From positions 1,072,584 to 1,136,583 of the forward strand of contig MU058451.1 of assembly GCA_013265495.1 (NCBI GenBank): a stretch of 64,000 bases of DNA. The letters are read 5' to 3'. A program made the translations under genes and the position numbers. Below are positions 49,640 to 63,210 of the stretch, one piece after another (the first letter of the stretch is position 1; each line of letters starts with the position of its first letter). The DNA is from Vicugna vicugna. Its lineage: Eukaryota. Below the pieces are notes generated by a model. It searched no databases, was not told the origin of the DNA, and saw nothing but the letters and a program-made list of their open reading frames with translations.

Positions 49640-50110
49640 CCATAAAAGAAAGTATTAGTAAATTAGACTTCATTAAAATTCAGAGCTCCTATTTGTCAAA
49701 AAAACACCACCAGTAGTACATGAAAAGGTACCTAACATAATTATTAATTAGGAAAACACAAATTAAACCACAGTAATATATCTAGGAAGGCTAAAGTTGA
49801 AGGATTAATAATCTCAAGTGTTACTGAGGCTGTGGAGTAATGGAGAACTCACACACTGCTGATGGGAACTGAAGCTGGTTTGTTCACCTACACTGGAAAA
49901 CTGTTTGACAGTATCTTCTAAAGTTAGACATATGCCATGTACCTAGCCTATCACCCAGTAATTCCAATTCTAGGCATATTCTCAGGAAAAAATGAATGTT
50001 GTCACCTTGTGGATGAATATACTAGAAAAGGGGGTACAGTGGAGGTGCTGAAAATATTTTATCCCTTTTCAGTGGTAGTTATAGGGTTGTGAATAAAAAC
50101 GAAAATCCAT
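49640..50110 (+). mobile_element. degraded old L1M fragment
   Basis: TAAATTAGACTTCATTAAAATT, GAACTCACACACTGCTGATGGGA, CTGGAAAACTGTTTGACAGTATCT and CCCAGTAATTCCAATTCTAGG. Confidence 0.8.
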
Positions 50111-50117
50111 AAGCCAC

Positions 50118-50420
50118 CTCATAACGTTCCTCTGCTCAAAAACCATCAGCGGCTCCCATGTCACTCAGGGGAAAAGTCAAGTTCTTTACAGTGGCCCACA
50201 ATATCCTACACCATTTGGCCCCCACTACTCTTCCCTTTTATTCTGAAATAATAAAGCAAGCCCTGAATACCCCTCTCCTGGGACTTCTGCTCTGGTTGTT
50301 CCTTCTTCCTTCTTCTTCTGGTCTTCCCTCAAATAGCTACAAAGCTCACTCTCTCACCTCCTTCAAGACTTGATTCAAATGCTATTTTCTCACTCAAACC
50401 CTTCTCTTATCTGGTTTGAA
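50118..50420 (+). mobile_element. L2 fragment
   Basis: TCCTCTGCTCAAAAACCATCAGCGGCTCCCATGTCACTCAG..AAAAGTCAAGTTCTTTACAGTGGCC. Confidence 0.75.
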
Positions 50421-53360
50421 ACTTCAAAGCCCTCATTTAAGTTTGGGGGGGTTGCTTTTTTGGTGGGAGGTTGGGGGGAAGTGAAGGGAGAGAAGGGTGG
50501 ACGGGTTACAACCAGTTACAATCTGGTTGACAACAGTGGAGAAGAAATAAAAAAGAAACTGAAGGTTTTTTTTTTTTAATTTTCAAGAAACATAAATATA
50601 CTTAGGCTTTTTAAAAAAAAATGTTCAGTTTTTTAAAAATATGCAAAATTCACTCACATTCTTTCCCCTTTAGTCTTCAGCAAATATTTAGAATATACGA
50701 AAGACTTTTTATGTGGCCTCTGGGGAAGCTGGGAAAAAAACCAGCAGGATGTGGGAAGACTATGACCGTAGCCCCAGTAGTGTCCATGGTGTGTGTGTGC
50801 GTGTGTTTTCCTGGGTATGCAAACATATAGGACAGAAGGTAAGGATTGAAAGCAGTGATGTAATGCATAGAAACGGGCCCAAATGCCAAGTTCACAAGGG
50901 CTTTTCCTTCACTGTGTCCTTACACTGACCCCCAGAGACAACAGAGGGCTTGCTTCTCGTTCCTCCTTCAGGCCGAGGAAATGAGTCTGGCTAAGTAAGG
51001 ATGAGGCACTGGACTGGGAGCAGTGAACAAAGGCTGAAAGAAGCAGCATGAGAGAGTGAATTGTTCTCTTCTGTCATGGGATAAAGTTCAGTGAAGAAGA
51101 GAAAAGCGTTAGCCCCAGGATTCCCATATTTCTGGGACTTCCACAGGGTCTTTCGAAGCTACTGAATGAAACTTGGGACACACACATCAGTCAGCTGGTT
51201 GACCCTACTCTTCCAGGAAGGTAATGCAGCAGGTTACCCAGCTCTGTGGGACCTGATTACCCAGAGCCGCCCATCCGCACCAGGAAACGGGAAAAGACTG
51301 ATGCTCACCTCAAGGGAGTTTTAAGAGATGAAGGTGTGGAAAGACCTTCCCTTTGTCCTGTGGAAAAAGACAAGAGAGATGGAATGTTGTGTTCAGAAAA
51401 TTACAAGAATTAGTTTTGCTGAAGCACGCACTGCAGAAGGATGAAGGGCAGGAAAGCAAGCATCAAATTAGTCAGTGAAAGGGAAAGTGCATATTAACTG
51501 TAAAGCGCCAGGCAAAGTGTCCCATGTATCTTTAATTACCCAAAGGATGGCTGTGAGGATCACACGGGTCCATGCACTGGCTGTGATGGCTAGGTTTTGC
51601 TATTGTCATAAATGACTCTAGCCTGCTCCTGACCAAGCATGGCCAGGCATGGAGGTTGAAATCCCTTTGGGGTCATCCATCTACTATGGGTTGGGGTGGC
51701 AGGCACAAAGGACGAGTACAGTGACTTCCCTACCCCTGTCTGAGGCCCCACACTTTCATTTCCCAAATGAGGTAGCCAACCTGTAACGTGAACTAGGCAC
51801 GCAGGGAAATCCTCTTCAAAGGACAGGACAAGTTACATTCCTCTTATCACCCAGAAGGAAGCACAACCTTTCTCAGACCTCAGCAGGTTTTATGGGCAAC
51901 ATATTCTACACAAAGGGATCCTACTTCCACTCATTTCTCAGGTGACTTAAAACATTACCTTGCAAACAGAGGGTGATGCCAGCAGCCCTGCCAAGTGGAC
52001 CAAATGACATGGCAGGTCTATGGTACTGGTGACATCTGCCGTGGGAAAAGATGCTACATGGAGTGTATGGCTAGTGACAGCAAGAGAATCAGAACACAGA
52101 CCTCTAGGATTCTGGAGCCATGCCATCTGTAGCGGGAATTATTAACTGTCATTCAAAAGCAGCCCCTAGCATTCTACAGGGCCAGGCAGAGACAAAGCCC
52201 CTGACAGTGGTGGTGCCTTGTCTTCTGATGCTCCAGAGTTTCTCCCAGGTAACAACACAACAGCCTAGTTTGCTTGTCTACAAAGGAGACTGTAACATGA
52301 GCCATGTGTTTTGCTGTCCAGTAGCAAATCCTGACTCTCCATCGTAACCTTATTGCAGACTCCTGGAAAGCACCAGGGATCTATCATACCTGCTACCTTC
52401 AGGGATCATCCTGCTGCTCAGTGTGCCGACTCTGAGGAGTGCCATCTTACCACACCTCTCCCTTCCATTTGCTGGCTGAGAGCACAGACCTTGGCTCCAG
52501 GCTGGCCTGTCGCAGGGGAACTGGAGGGTAGGGAACACATGCTGAGTTGGGAACCACACCTGTGAATTCTTCACTGGCCACATGGAAGCAATATGCAAAG
52601 TTCTGTGCCCCTATCAGTTGCCTTCAAATGCATATGCCAATCCCCCTAAAGGGCCTCATGGTCATTCATAAAACTAGATTCCAAGGCTGAAAATTTAGGG
52701 AAGATCTGACTGACTGATGTACATTTCAATCCAAAGTGCATGGTGGTATATATTACATTTTGTATATTTATTGTTGTGAGTAAAACATAGCTTTTCAAAT
52801 TCAAACTTAGCAGTGTTACATAAAGTGTCAAGATGGTTTCCTCCAACCAAAGATTCAGGTGAATATTTTAAATGATCAGATATTTCACATGGAGAAAAAC
52901 TTGTGATTTTTCACCTATGTGTAACAAATAGGAATTTTATTTTCATATTTTGAAACATTTTCCTTTAGATTGGCAAAAGTAAATCCATTAAATACAAATA
53001 GCGGGTTCATTCTAAAAGTTATGGGTGATATAACACTGACAAGAAAGGGCTTGGGAATGGAGCAAAGTCACAGGCTAAGAATTTCAAATCCCATATCCAC
53101 AGTTTCCTCATTCCTCTGAGTCACGCAAGAACTTTTAAACAAGAAGACAACAGACTTAACGAGAATAAAAGTACAAGTGAATAGAAGAGTAAACCAGTTG
53201 GGGGGGGGGAAAGGAATTTCCTGGTTTTGGAAGCTGCCATTCCAAGTTCTTAATTAGCTCTGGATAAATGGATTATGGTTTTTGTTTTCCTTTATATTGT
53301 ATTTTTAAAGTGTATTGGGTCTTAAATTAAAACCTGCAGAGGTATTCTCTTAATCCACTT

Positions 53361-53553
53361 ACAGGGGGTTGTCACTGAGGTCCAAGGCATCCTAAGGGCG
53401 CTGTGATTGAGTTCAGGGCTTTTCTGCGTCTCCTGGAACAATGAAGAAAATTCTGTTTGATGTGCTTTTCAGTGACTGAAGAGTCCATAGCTTCTGCCAA
53501 CTTTTTAAGAGACCTGTGAAATTCCCGCCCTCCCTCCAAAGATTAGGATCTCA
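53361..53553 (+). mobile_element. MER103-like hAT-Charlie MITE
   Basis: GAAGAGTCCATAGCTTCTGCCAACTTTTTAAGAGACCTGTGA...AAAGATTAGGA resembles the recalled MER103C end. Confidence 0.55.
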
Positions 53554-53671
53554 GAAACAGAGCTTAATTAGCGCCAAAGGTTTGGGAGGGTGGGTAGAGA
53601 ATCACGGTAGGATCAGGTTTCGGGGTTTGAGGGGCGGGGCAGAATCATCACAGCAAGTCCCGAACGCCTGC

Positions 53672-54490
53672 TGTGGTGAAGACTTGGGACCATTAGACCT
53701 GGTGTTGAGGCACCATGCCTCACTCGGAGAAATCCCCATCATAATGGTGGAGGCAGAGTCAGAATTCTAATGGTGTTAAAAGCGCTGTGCAGACACAGTG
53801 GGATTCTTCTCTACAGTGCACTTGGGATGGTGCCTCCAAGCCCCCAAAACCCTTGAGAGGCACACAGAAGAAACCGAGGTATTTGGAGGAATTGCTCTCT
53901 TTCCCTCGTGTTCCTACCATGGTCTTTAGATCATGAAGCTTCTGCTTCACTCCGCAGGGAAAACTTTTGGGAAGAGCCTGTGGGCCCCATTCTCCGAGGT
54001 TGAGTCATGTCTCCTCTCAGGAGAGGTAGGTCAGGAAGGAACGGGCCATGCGCAGAGCATCTCTCGCTCAGCATCTTCTCGCTCCAGAGAAGATTCTGCT
54101 GCTCGGTTCCCATGCTCCTCTGTGCAGCCCGCGTTGGTAAGAGCCAGGAGCCCGCAGCCCAGGCCGGACTCCAGCAGGAGACCTGCAGGACTGCTGCTCT
54201 CTTTCTGTCCCCAAAGAATTCGAGGGTAGGGTTCTGGGTAAGCACATCTGCCCTGCAGACCCAAATGCTCTCGCAAGTAGGTGGTCTCAAGGCCATGCAG
54301 GCGGAAGTGGAGAAAGAGGATGGATATCAGAGACTCCAACTGTGTCAGGTGACCTCCCGTTATCCAGTTCAGCCTGGGTTGGCAATAAAGATGCTATTTT
54401 ATATCTTCATCTGCATGGCCCTATGTTACTTCTCAGGTAGTTCCAAATTCAGGGGTGGGGAACGAGGCCTGACTCCTTGTTGTCCCTTAC
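53672..54490 (+). mobile_element. probable ancient solo LTR (possibly Gypsy-like MamGypLTR group)
   Basis: Starts TGTGGTG and ends TTACA, with GCAATAAAG about 105 bp before the end and a GC-richer body. No TSD seen; family uncertain. Confidence 0.4.
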
Positions 54491-55079
54491 AATCCAGGCC
54501 AGAGTTTCATAGAAATGAAATGATTTAATCAGGCTCGCCCACCTAGTAGGTGGTTTGTCCACAGTAACCACATTTTCTCAGTTCTCTTCCTTTGGCAAAA
54601 TTCTGTACCAAGAAACAATCTTAGAAATTCAAGTGTATGATTGGGATAATGTAACAAATTATTCGAAGTGTGGGCTAAGCCAGAAAGTTTCCCCAGGTGT
54701 AGCTCACTTATTCTTTAAGCAGCAGCTCTAATTTCACTTTCTACACCGTCTCATTACTTGCTGTGGTGATTTAACATTCTTTGGCCTCATTTTCATCTGT
54801 AAAATGAGTTCGAGTAGATGGTCTTCAAAAACACTCCCATGTGAACATTCCCTAAGTCTTTGAGCCCAAACCAATCTACAAAGATCTGTAACTTTCCTGT
54901 ACTTACTTACCGTACAATTACTACCTTATTCTTCACTGTTCTATTTTCCACCTGTACCTATAATTTAGGCATGTTACCATAACATCATACTGTCCTGTAA
55001 GTTTTTGGAAGAGAATATCATTTGTAACCCTCTCTTTTGTGCCCAACTCCTACCAAAAGCTCACCATCTTTTGTTCATC

Positions 55080-56000
55080 TAAAGGCATCAAAATAGTAAA
55101 GAGGTAAGGCACAAACTGAGAGAATGGATTTGTAATTCATAGACCCAGCAAAGGACTCATATTTAGAACATATAATGATTCCTACAAGTGATTAAGAAAA
55201 AGACAAAAAAAATCCAATTAAAAAAAAATTGGGCAAAAGCCACTAACAAATGACCAACAGGCATAGGGAAGGGTATTTCACTCACCAAGGAGATACAAGT
55301 TAAAATCACAGTGAGGTAACACTGCATAAGCACCAGCAGGGCTCAAATGTTTTAAAGATTAATAATGCCAAGGGCTGGTGAAGATGCAGAACAACTACAA
55401 AACTCACACATTGCTAGTGGAAGTGTATGTATACTGGTTTTGGAAAACAGTTTCGCAGTATCAGCTAAATCTAAATATGCATCTGCCCTGACCAGCCATT
55501 TCCTTCTGGAAGAAAGGAGAGCATATGTCCAACAAAGGACATGCACAAGAATTTTCATAGCAGTTCTATAAATTATTTTTAAAAAGAGAAAGAGTCCAAA
55601 TGTACGTCAGCATTATAAAGGATAAATAAATTGTGAGTATTCATATAATAGAATACTGCATAGCGTGAAAAGGAATGAGCGACTGCTATATATTAAAACA
55701 AACAAACAGGGATGAATCTCACAGACATTATATTGAGAAAGAATTAAAGAGTAGATTCAGTTTACATGAATCTCACCGTGAGGCACAACTAACCAATTGT
55801 GATGGAATCAGAACAGTGATGGGTGTTGACTGGGCAGAAGGAAGAGGGACTTTCTGAGCTGCTGGAACTGTCCTGAATCTTAACCTGGGTGATAGTTTTA
55901 GACAAACATGTACTGATGTAAATATTCATCAAACTATACATTTCAGATATGATCTTTACATTTTTGCCACGTGTATGTTATGCCTCACTTTTCAAAAACC
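55080..56000 (+). mobile_element. old L1M ORF2 end plus 3' UTR
   Basis: AAAGGACTCATATTTAGAACATATAA, GCTGGTGAAGATGCAGAACAACT, TTTGGAAAACAGTTTCGCAGTATC, CAAGAATTTTCATAGCAG and GGATGAATCTCACAGACAT. Confidence 0.88.
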
Positions 56001-57253
56001 AACAAAAGAGTAATAAAAGCCCAGATTCACAAAAGAACATTCATGAGAATTAACTGAAAAATATCCAACCCACTGATTCCTTGGGATAGTCTAAAATTTT
56101 ACTCTTGAATGAAAATAGACCTCCACAACTTCTCAACCTCATTGTGTACCTTTAGCTGCTAATTAGAAATTTACTGGTTTAAACTTTAGTGTTGTCTCCT
56201 GTCTATGTCGAGGGCTTTGTAAGAAAACAAGGGGAAATCTGATGTCATTCGGAACATAAGGATGTCAAGGACATTTTCTACCATTTCCCTTTTATGGAGA
56301 AGAGCTGGAGAAAATTCTTTCAGTTCTCATGTCAAGAAAGCCGTTTCTCTTGAGCAACTGGTATGTTTTTATCCGGCGAGTGGCTGCACATCATTATGCA
56401 TTTGTCAAAACCCATAGAATGTACAATGGATACCCTTAATCCTATAGCTGAACTTCCTGGTGGTCAGGGCAAAAAAAGGAAAACTCACATCAAGTTGCTA
56501 GCCACTCTTTCCTGACTCTCCACCTACCTCTAGAGCCACTCTCTTTTTGGAACTTTCTGGAATGTTCATCTTTGTTAGCTACTTTTACCCCTGGCTTCAT
56601 TTTACCTCTATCCTTATTTTAATGACAGCTTAGTTTCTTTGTATTTTTATCCCACTGTACTATTTGTTATTGTACTATGTAACAAGCACTGTAAATGCTT
56701 TCTTTCAAAACAAAAATGACAATGGAAAAAAGAGAGACAATCAAACAAATATATAAATGCATATATAACGCAACGGAGGGTACACACAATGGAGGGTATT
56801 ACTGTTAGATACTGTTCAGCTCACTGACCTTTTTCCATAAGCCCGTTTTACCTCCTTTGCTATACTCGAAGCTCCATGGGTCTGGCCCACGTGTGAGTTT
56901 TTAAACGGTTTCAGGTAGACAGTAGGTGCTTAACAAGCACCATTTGCCTGCTTCTGTGCAATGAGGGGTGATGGCAGTGGTTTGAGATCATGTGGTGGGG
57001 AGCACGAACACATTTTTAAACCATGAAAGGACTCTTGCTCCAGGCCTGCAAAAACTTGCACACCATTTGGAAATTGGGTTATTTTAATTACAGTGTCATA
57101 GAGAACGACATGCATTTTAATCAAGTTCAGTTGACAATGCTGCAACCACATCATAGTCGATGCTGATTCCAAACCATCTAAAGAATTACTTCCAGGTTTT
57201 AAGAACTGGCAGCTTAACTAGGCCAGTTAGGAGCACAGCCCGCCCAGCTGCTT

Positions 57254-57277
57254 CCCGAGCCCGAGCCCGAGCCCGAG
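57254..57277. repeat. (CCCGAG)4 hexamer repeat
   Basis: Read directly. Confidence 0.95.
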
Positions 57278-58313
57278 CCTGCAGGATCCGGGCTTGGTCA
57301 TTAGGAAGGTTCTGAGGACCAGGGTGCGAGGCCAAGTGTGATCTCTAGGACTGGGGCCCAGGCCCTGGGGTGGAGGCACCTCCCAGAGGCTGCGCTCTTC
57401 CTCACAATTTTCTCAACTACAGGCAAGAACTGAGCTTCTCTGCCCTTCAGCACAGTCAGCAAACAGCACCAGAGTTTTGCTTGGCACTTCCTTTTGACAA
57501 CATCTTGCAGTTTACACAGCTGGTCCTCTATTATACAAGTTGTGGGTGACCTTTAGTACATAATAATGCCTTCAACTTTTGAGAAGCTGGTTGCCATTTT
57601 TGCCCACTGACCACAAGACTTCCTGAAGGGAGATGCTTCTGCACCATCAAAACTGACTGACAAGGTTTCTTGATTTGCTTAATTAAGTAACCATGGGGTA
57701 GCTGATGCTGGCATAGTCATTTCAGAATTAAACCTTGCTGGTTCTTTGTGTTAACGGTATTCTACCCAGTAAAGAAAACCATAGAATCATCTACAATTTA
57801 TGTTTTTAATGAAGTAATTTGAAAATTAGTTGTTTATAAACAGACACTTGAGATATAATGGTGGGGATAATATTTATATCAATGGTGGGAATATTGGATA
57901 CACCAACGCCAGTATTTATAGAAAACATAGAAGTACTTTAAAAAAAAATTCATGGGCTGATAGATATACATATTATATATATACACACACACACATATGG
58001 TATATATATGTGTATTATATATTATAGATGTATATGAGAAAAGGGCATGATTTAGGGAGTTTACAAGGTAAGTCTTCTTTGAGAAACTATTGTGTAATTA
58101 TGTTTTAAAATGTGACTTAAAACTCACAATGAGAAGTTTTAACATCTTTTGGAAGGAGCTTTTAGAAGCAAAAATCCAGTGGGAAAGAATCCACAACATG
58201 AAAACATGAAAAGCTGTTTAGCTGAGAAGGTTGTAATCTGTTAAAACTTAAAAATTTTTCATTGAGGAAGCGATTTGCATGCTATTAAGAAGCACTGACA
58301 AGAAAAGAGAATG

Positions 58314-58654
58314 AAGTTGTCCCTCAGAATCCTAGCGGGATTGGGTCCAGGAATCGACCCCCACCTCCACAACCCAGGATACCCAACTCCACACATGCTC
58401 CGTTATATAAAATGGTGCAGTATTTGCATACAACCTACACACATCCTCCCATATACTTTAAATCATCTCTAGATTACATATAATACCTAACACAATGTAA
58501 ATGCTATGTAAGTGGTTGTAAATACTATGTTGCCTGTGCACAGCAAATTCAAGCTTTGCTTTTTGGAACTTTCTGGATATTTTTCCCCCCAATATTTTCA
58601 ATCCCTAGTTGGTTGACTCCACGGATGCAGAACCCATAGATATGAAGGACGATG
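58314..58654 (+). mobile_element. MER2/MER2B TcMar-Tigger element, near full length
   Basis: TATATAAAATGGTGCAGTATTTGCATACAACCTACACACATCCTCCCATATACTTTAAATCATCTCTAGATTAC and the end GGTTGACTCCACGGATGCAGAACCCATAGATATG. Confidence 0.92.
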
Positions 58655-58849
58655 AGAGAAAGGGAGTGAGCAGATAAAACATATGTAGAGCACTGGCTAC
58701 TTGGATTGGGTACCACTGCTCCTTCTTGGGAGGAAGGTCATACAAAGCAAGTCACACTACTGACACTCAAATAATTGGAGATTGAATAAATTAGTGACTA
58801 AAGGAATAAAATAATTTCAGGTAAAGTCTCAAAATATTAGCTCTAAGAG

Positions 58850-59000
58850 AAACCTAAGCAGTCATGGGGTCTCATTTCTTCATTTTATAGAGAATATAAA
58901 ACACATGTAGCCAAGTGGCATCTTTAAGAGACCATTCAGCTAATTAGTGGCAGTGGTGGGACGAGGACCAGGACTTCCGCTTCCCGGGTCACTGTTTTCT
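58850..59000 (-). mobile_element. MIR fragment
   Basis: CTTCATTTTATAGAG...CAGCTAATTAGTGGCAG..GGGACGAGGACCAGG. Confidence 0.55.
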
Positions 59001-59164
59001 GCGTGTCACTGTGTTCTCTTTTTATTTTTAAAAGAAAGCAGGAAGAGAAAAAAAAGAAGTGTTGTCTGAGGAAGCTGAACTCGTTATTTGTGGGACCAGG
59101 TGGAAATTAACTCCTCATTCCCATAGATAAGGCTCAAAGAGAAGAGAGTTTTTAATTAGAGATT

Positions 59165-59413
59165 AAAACATGATCAGTGTCCTTATAAGACAAAGAGGTT
59201 AAAACACACACAGACATAAAAAGAAGACAATGTGAAGACACAAGGAGAAGACGGCCACCTACAAGCCAAGGAGGGAGGCCTCAGTCATAACCAACCCTGC
59301 TGACACCTTGACCTCAGACATCTAGTCTCCAGAACTGTGGGAAAACAGATTTCTGTTGTTTTAGTCACCTAGTGCATGGTACTTTGTTACGGCAGCCCTA
59401 GCAAACTAATACA
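59165..59413 (+). mobile_element. MLT1B-like MaLR LTR, 3' part
   Basis: GTGTCCTTATAAGA..CTACAAGCCAAGGAG.GAGGCCTCAG..AACCAACCCTGCTGACACCTTGA..GGCAGCCCTAGCAAACTAATACA. Confidence 0.9.
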
Positions 59414-60639
59414 CAAGTATCCACAGCTTCTGCCCTTAAAAGTCAGAATGAAAACTGCAACCCCAGATACAGTCATGTGGCGGTTGCTAACATAACAGCA
59501 GATGGAGGTGTGAGGCATATGTTGTTTCCTGTGACTGTGTTCAGCTTGCTGAATGTAGTCAACCAATCATCATTATTTTAATAATAATTTGCATTTCTAT
59601 TTAATAAGCAAAGTTGACTGTACCCAGCATCTAGTTCATACCAACCAGCATTTTACAGGGAAGGAACTACTGGCCTTATCTTACTCTGGATGGCAACTGT
59701 CAGTCTTCCAGGAGCTGTGATCCCTAAGCAGGATGGTAGATGGGTTTGAGGTCAAGTGCCAACTCTAGTCCATGGCAGTGGTCAACTGAAGTGTCATGTT
59801 TAGAACTGAGTCCAAGATGCTGTCTTGGTTTAGGAATAGGGGGCCGGTCGTAATGCCCACAGCAATAACCACCAGGGGCACAGGAGGGATGACAGCAGCA
59901 CATATGCCCCAGAGACGGGACCAGCCAACTGCAGACCTGTTAGCTTCCTAGGAAACATGCTGATAACCTCACATGTTCAGCTATTTTTGAAAATTGTCTT
60001 AATAGACTAATAATGAATACAACATATTTTCAATGGAATAAAAATATGGAGAAGAGATGGCAGAAGGTAGAGACAGGAATGATCTGTCCCTGGCAGATGA
60101 CACCCTCTGTCTGAAGGACGCTGGTTTTGAGAATAAACCGACACGTGCACATATGCTCTTTAGGAACAGCTAGACCTCTTCTGCTCCCCACAATCTTATT
60201 TTTTCTCCCATTCACCAGCCTCACCACTCTACCTCCATGACTGAATATGCTCTCTTAACAGCTAAAAGGCCTAGAATTACACCACTGTAGGTTATGAAGT
60301 AAATAGTAACATAATAGCCATTAGTACACAACAGTAGAACTGTACAGAAGGAATTTGCACCTTTCTCACTACATAAAAAGACCACGGGGAATTAACTACT
60401 AATAGAAAATCACGTCATACGAGCTTTTTGAAATCCTTCTTATTCAATACCATATATAAAGATATTTTATTCCCACTAGGGGAGAAATGGACTTCCATTC
60501 CTCTGAACATTTTAAATTATTGTGAGCTTCATTACATAGTATACGTTTTATCTTTTCTAAGTGAAACTTTCTGTAGTGAATTTCAAGAGGCTTCTTTGGT
60601 TTACATAGGATGGGACTGGATCAATCAGGGAAAATTTCA

Positions 60640-61300
60640 AAATAAAATTCAGCTGAGCTTTTTACAAGTTTCATTGTAAATCGTAATTACAGTATTCAGG
60701 CAGAATAGCTTTGCGCATAATTTCAGAGCTTGCCTTTGTAGATCTGAAATTAGATAGTGCTTCATTTCACAGACTCCAAACAAACCTCAGAAACAACAAA
60801 ACTGTCAGACAATCATAAAATTATAAAAGCTGTCGGTTCCCTGCAAACAGAAATGCATTACACTGTAAGGTTAATTCACTTAAGAGTTCCAGTTCGCTTA
60901 TTTCTTTAGATTATACTTTTCCTCCATTTAATCAATGCATTATTTTAACCAATTTCAGCAGGGTAACATAACGCTACACTATTTAAATAAAGACATGATG
61001 AGTAATAGGTTAAGAAAAATTCTTTTCACTTGTGCATTCAAATTACTCTTGTGGCCTGAGCAAGGTATACCCTCACCAAAATCAGTACTCTTGCAAGCAA
61101 AGCACAGAGGCAAAAGAATTTTAAGAAAGGTAGATCATTAGCTTCAGTCACCATATAACATTTGTGAATAATTTGCTCGGTTTCAAAACGTGCAAGAAAA
61201 ACGCTGCACATTTGAAATCTGGTGAAAGGTAAATGAAGACAAGGCCTAGAGAAAGCGCTACATGCCAAGGGGTAAAAACGGAGTGAGCCCACAGCTGCTT
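60640..61300. promoter_or_regulatory. candidate enhancer / conserved non-coding element
   Basis: Repeat-free, with CATTGT, GTAATTAC, CTTTGT, CTGTCA and CATAAAA plus several retained CpGs. Confidence 0.3.
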
Positions 61301-62439
61301 TAAGTCAAGCATTTATAATCTAAAATATGTAGAAGAAAAACACCCTGTAAATAACAGAATTAAGCATGAGTACCACATATGTGAATACGTCCAAGCCAAA
61401 TTCAATAAAATATTCATTAAACAAGTTCACAGATAAAAATGGAACCATAAGTTTTGAAATTTGTAATAAGGTTCATTCCATTTCTTTTGGCCAAAGCAAC
61501 ACTGTATTTATAAACACAGCAATAGCAAACTCCCAAGTAGCTTATGAATATTTTCTGTCCTTCTGGAAGATACCACAATACAGAACATACTTAGGCGAAC
61601 CACCAACCCAAAGCTGATGACCTTGCAAATTTATACTTAAAAAAAAAAAAAGGAAATTGAGAAAAGCAAAATCCACACATTAGAGAGATAAACATTCGTG
61701 GTTCTTTAAAATTTAACTGCTATGAAAGATAATTCTTTTCTGCAATAAAATGCTTGAAATATTCAAAATTACTACCATAGTATGGCCAGGACAATGTTTT
61801 TTTTTCCCCTCCACAATAAAAACAAGCTGTGGCCATAGCTCTGATTTGATGTGAAATTCATTTTGAAAGTTCAATAAAATTTAATTCTAGGAATTATGGG
61901 AACTACTAGACTCTTAGATATAGTTTTAAGTCAACATTCTGTGCTGGTTATTTTTTCTTCCCTAACAAAATGAATTCTTCAGAAGTTCTCTGTTTAAAAA
62001 AAAAATCCACCAAAATGACACCCACGATTCAATAATTAGTGACTATGAGTGGCCTTCCCCAGTGAGCAACAACATCTTAGCTCCCTTCATACTCCTACCG
62101 TGACAGGGGCTGCCTGGCCAGCAGGTCATCCCCCAGTGATGGCCCCTGCAAGCTCTGTAGGCACATTGTTCACTTAAAAACTAAAGTTCTGCGATAGGTG
62201 AGCAGTGAATTATTATTCTTAAATATCGGTCTTATTCTGAAAAAACTCAAACCAAGATTTTTTACATTTTTAAGTCAAATTAAGTTTTTTTAAAAAAAAG
62301 CTCATGTACGAAGACACTCTGTCTAATTTTTAAAAATGTTCCAATGAATGAGTTTTAAGAAAAGGCCATATAACTAAACTGAAATATGTAGAGGCAAGTC
62401 TGATAATCCCCAATTGCCATAAAACTCAACACCTGCAGC

Positions 62440-62700
62440 CTATGTAATAAATCAGTTTGTGAATCTAATTGCTCTTGTTCTGCATGCTTCCATGAGCCTG
62501 TGGAGCTAAGCTAACACCATTGTCATAGCCTTAATCACAGCCAGGTTTATTTTTGTTGGCAGCCTTATGCAAATCATTGTATTATGGGTCTTTGCACTTA
62601 ATTCACTCAGATTATACCCTGATACTGAAAACAGACTGTAAAACAGGAAGGGATCTTCAAATTGTTTAATTAACTATGAGTTGTAATTTCTATTTATACC
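62440..62700. promoter_or_regulatory. candidate SOX/POU enhancer
   Basis: ATGCAAAT (62567-62574) abuts CATTGT (62575-62580). A second CATTGT lies at 62518-62523, with multiple TAAT cores nearby. Confidence 0.35.
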
Positions 62701-63210
62701 TACCTGAAATGTTATAGCTCCAACTGTGTTAAATATTCATAGGAAAACAGATTATTCTGTTTCTAATTTAAAATACTTAAGCTTGCTGTAATTTAGAAGT
62801 TATAGTTACCCACAGAGAATATATCGGCATTTCTTCAATGTTTTAAGCCAATTTCTCTTATTCTGTGAACTAACCTCTGGAACTGAAATTCATCAACAAA
62901 ACACTAATTTACTAAATGGTACCTTAGTGGCCTAAAAGAGTTACAGCAACTTCAAAATGGCCGCAAATTTTACCCTCTGTCTTTAAATCTTTTACCACAC
63001 AGTCTTTCCCGGGAACCACAGGGAAACCAATTGTATCAGTCAATTACCACCAATTATCGTTGGTCGATTAAATTCTCAAGAGCCAGAAAAATCTGATATC
63101 TATTCCACATTGTTTACCTCTTTCACTTTTTCTAGTACAGTGAACTTTCTAGAAAAGACCAAAACAAAACAAAACAAAACAGATGGGCCACCAATTAAAA
63201 TCCAATCACA

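Noticed and set aside
59865..59885. CTCF-like CCACCAGGGGCAC
   Set aside because: One G short of the core spacing and not supportable without a matrix scan.
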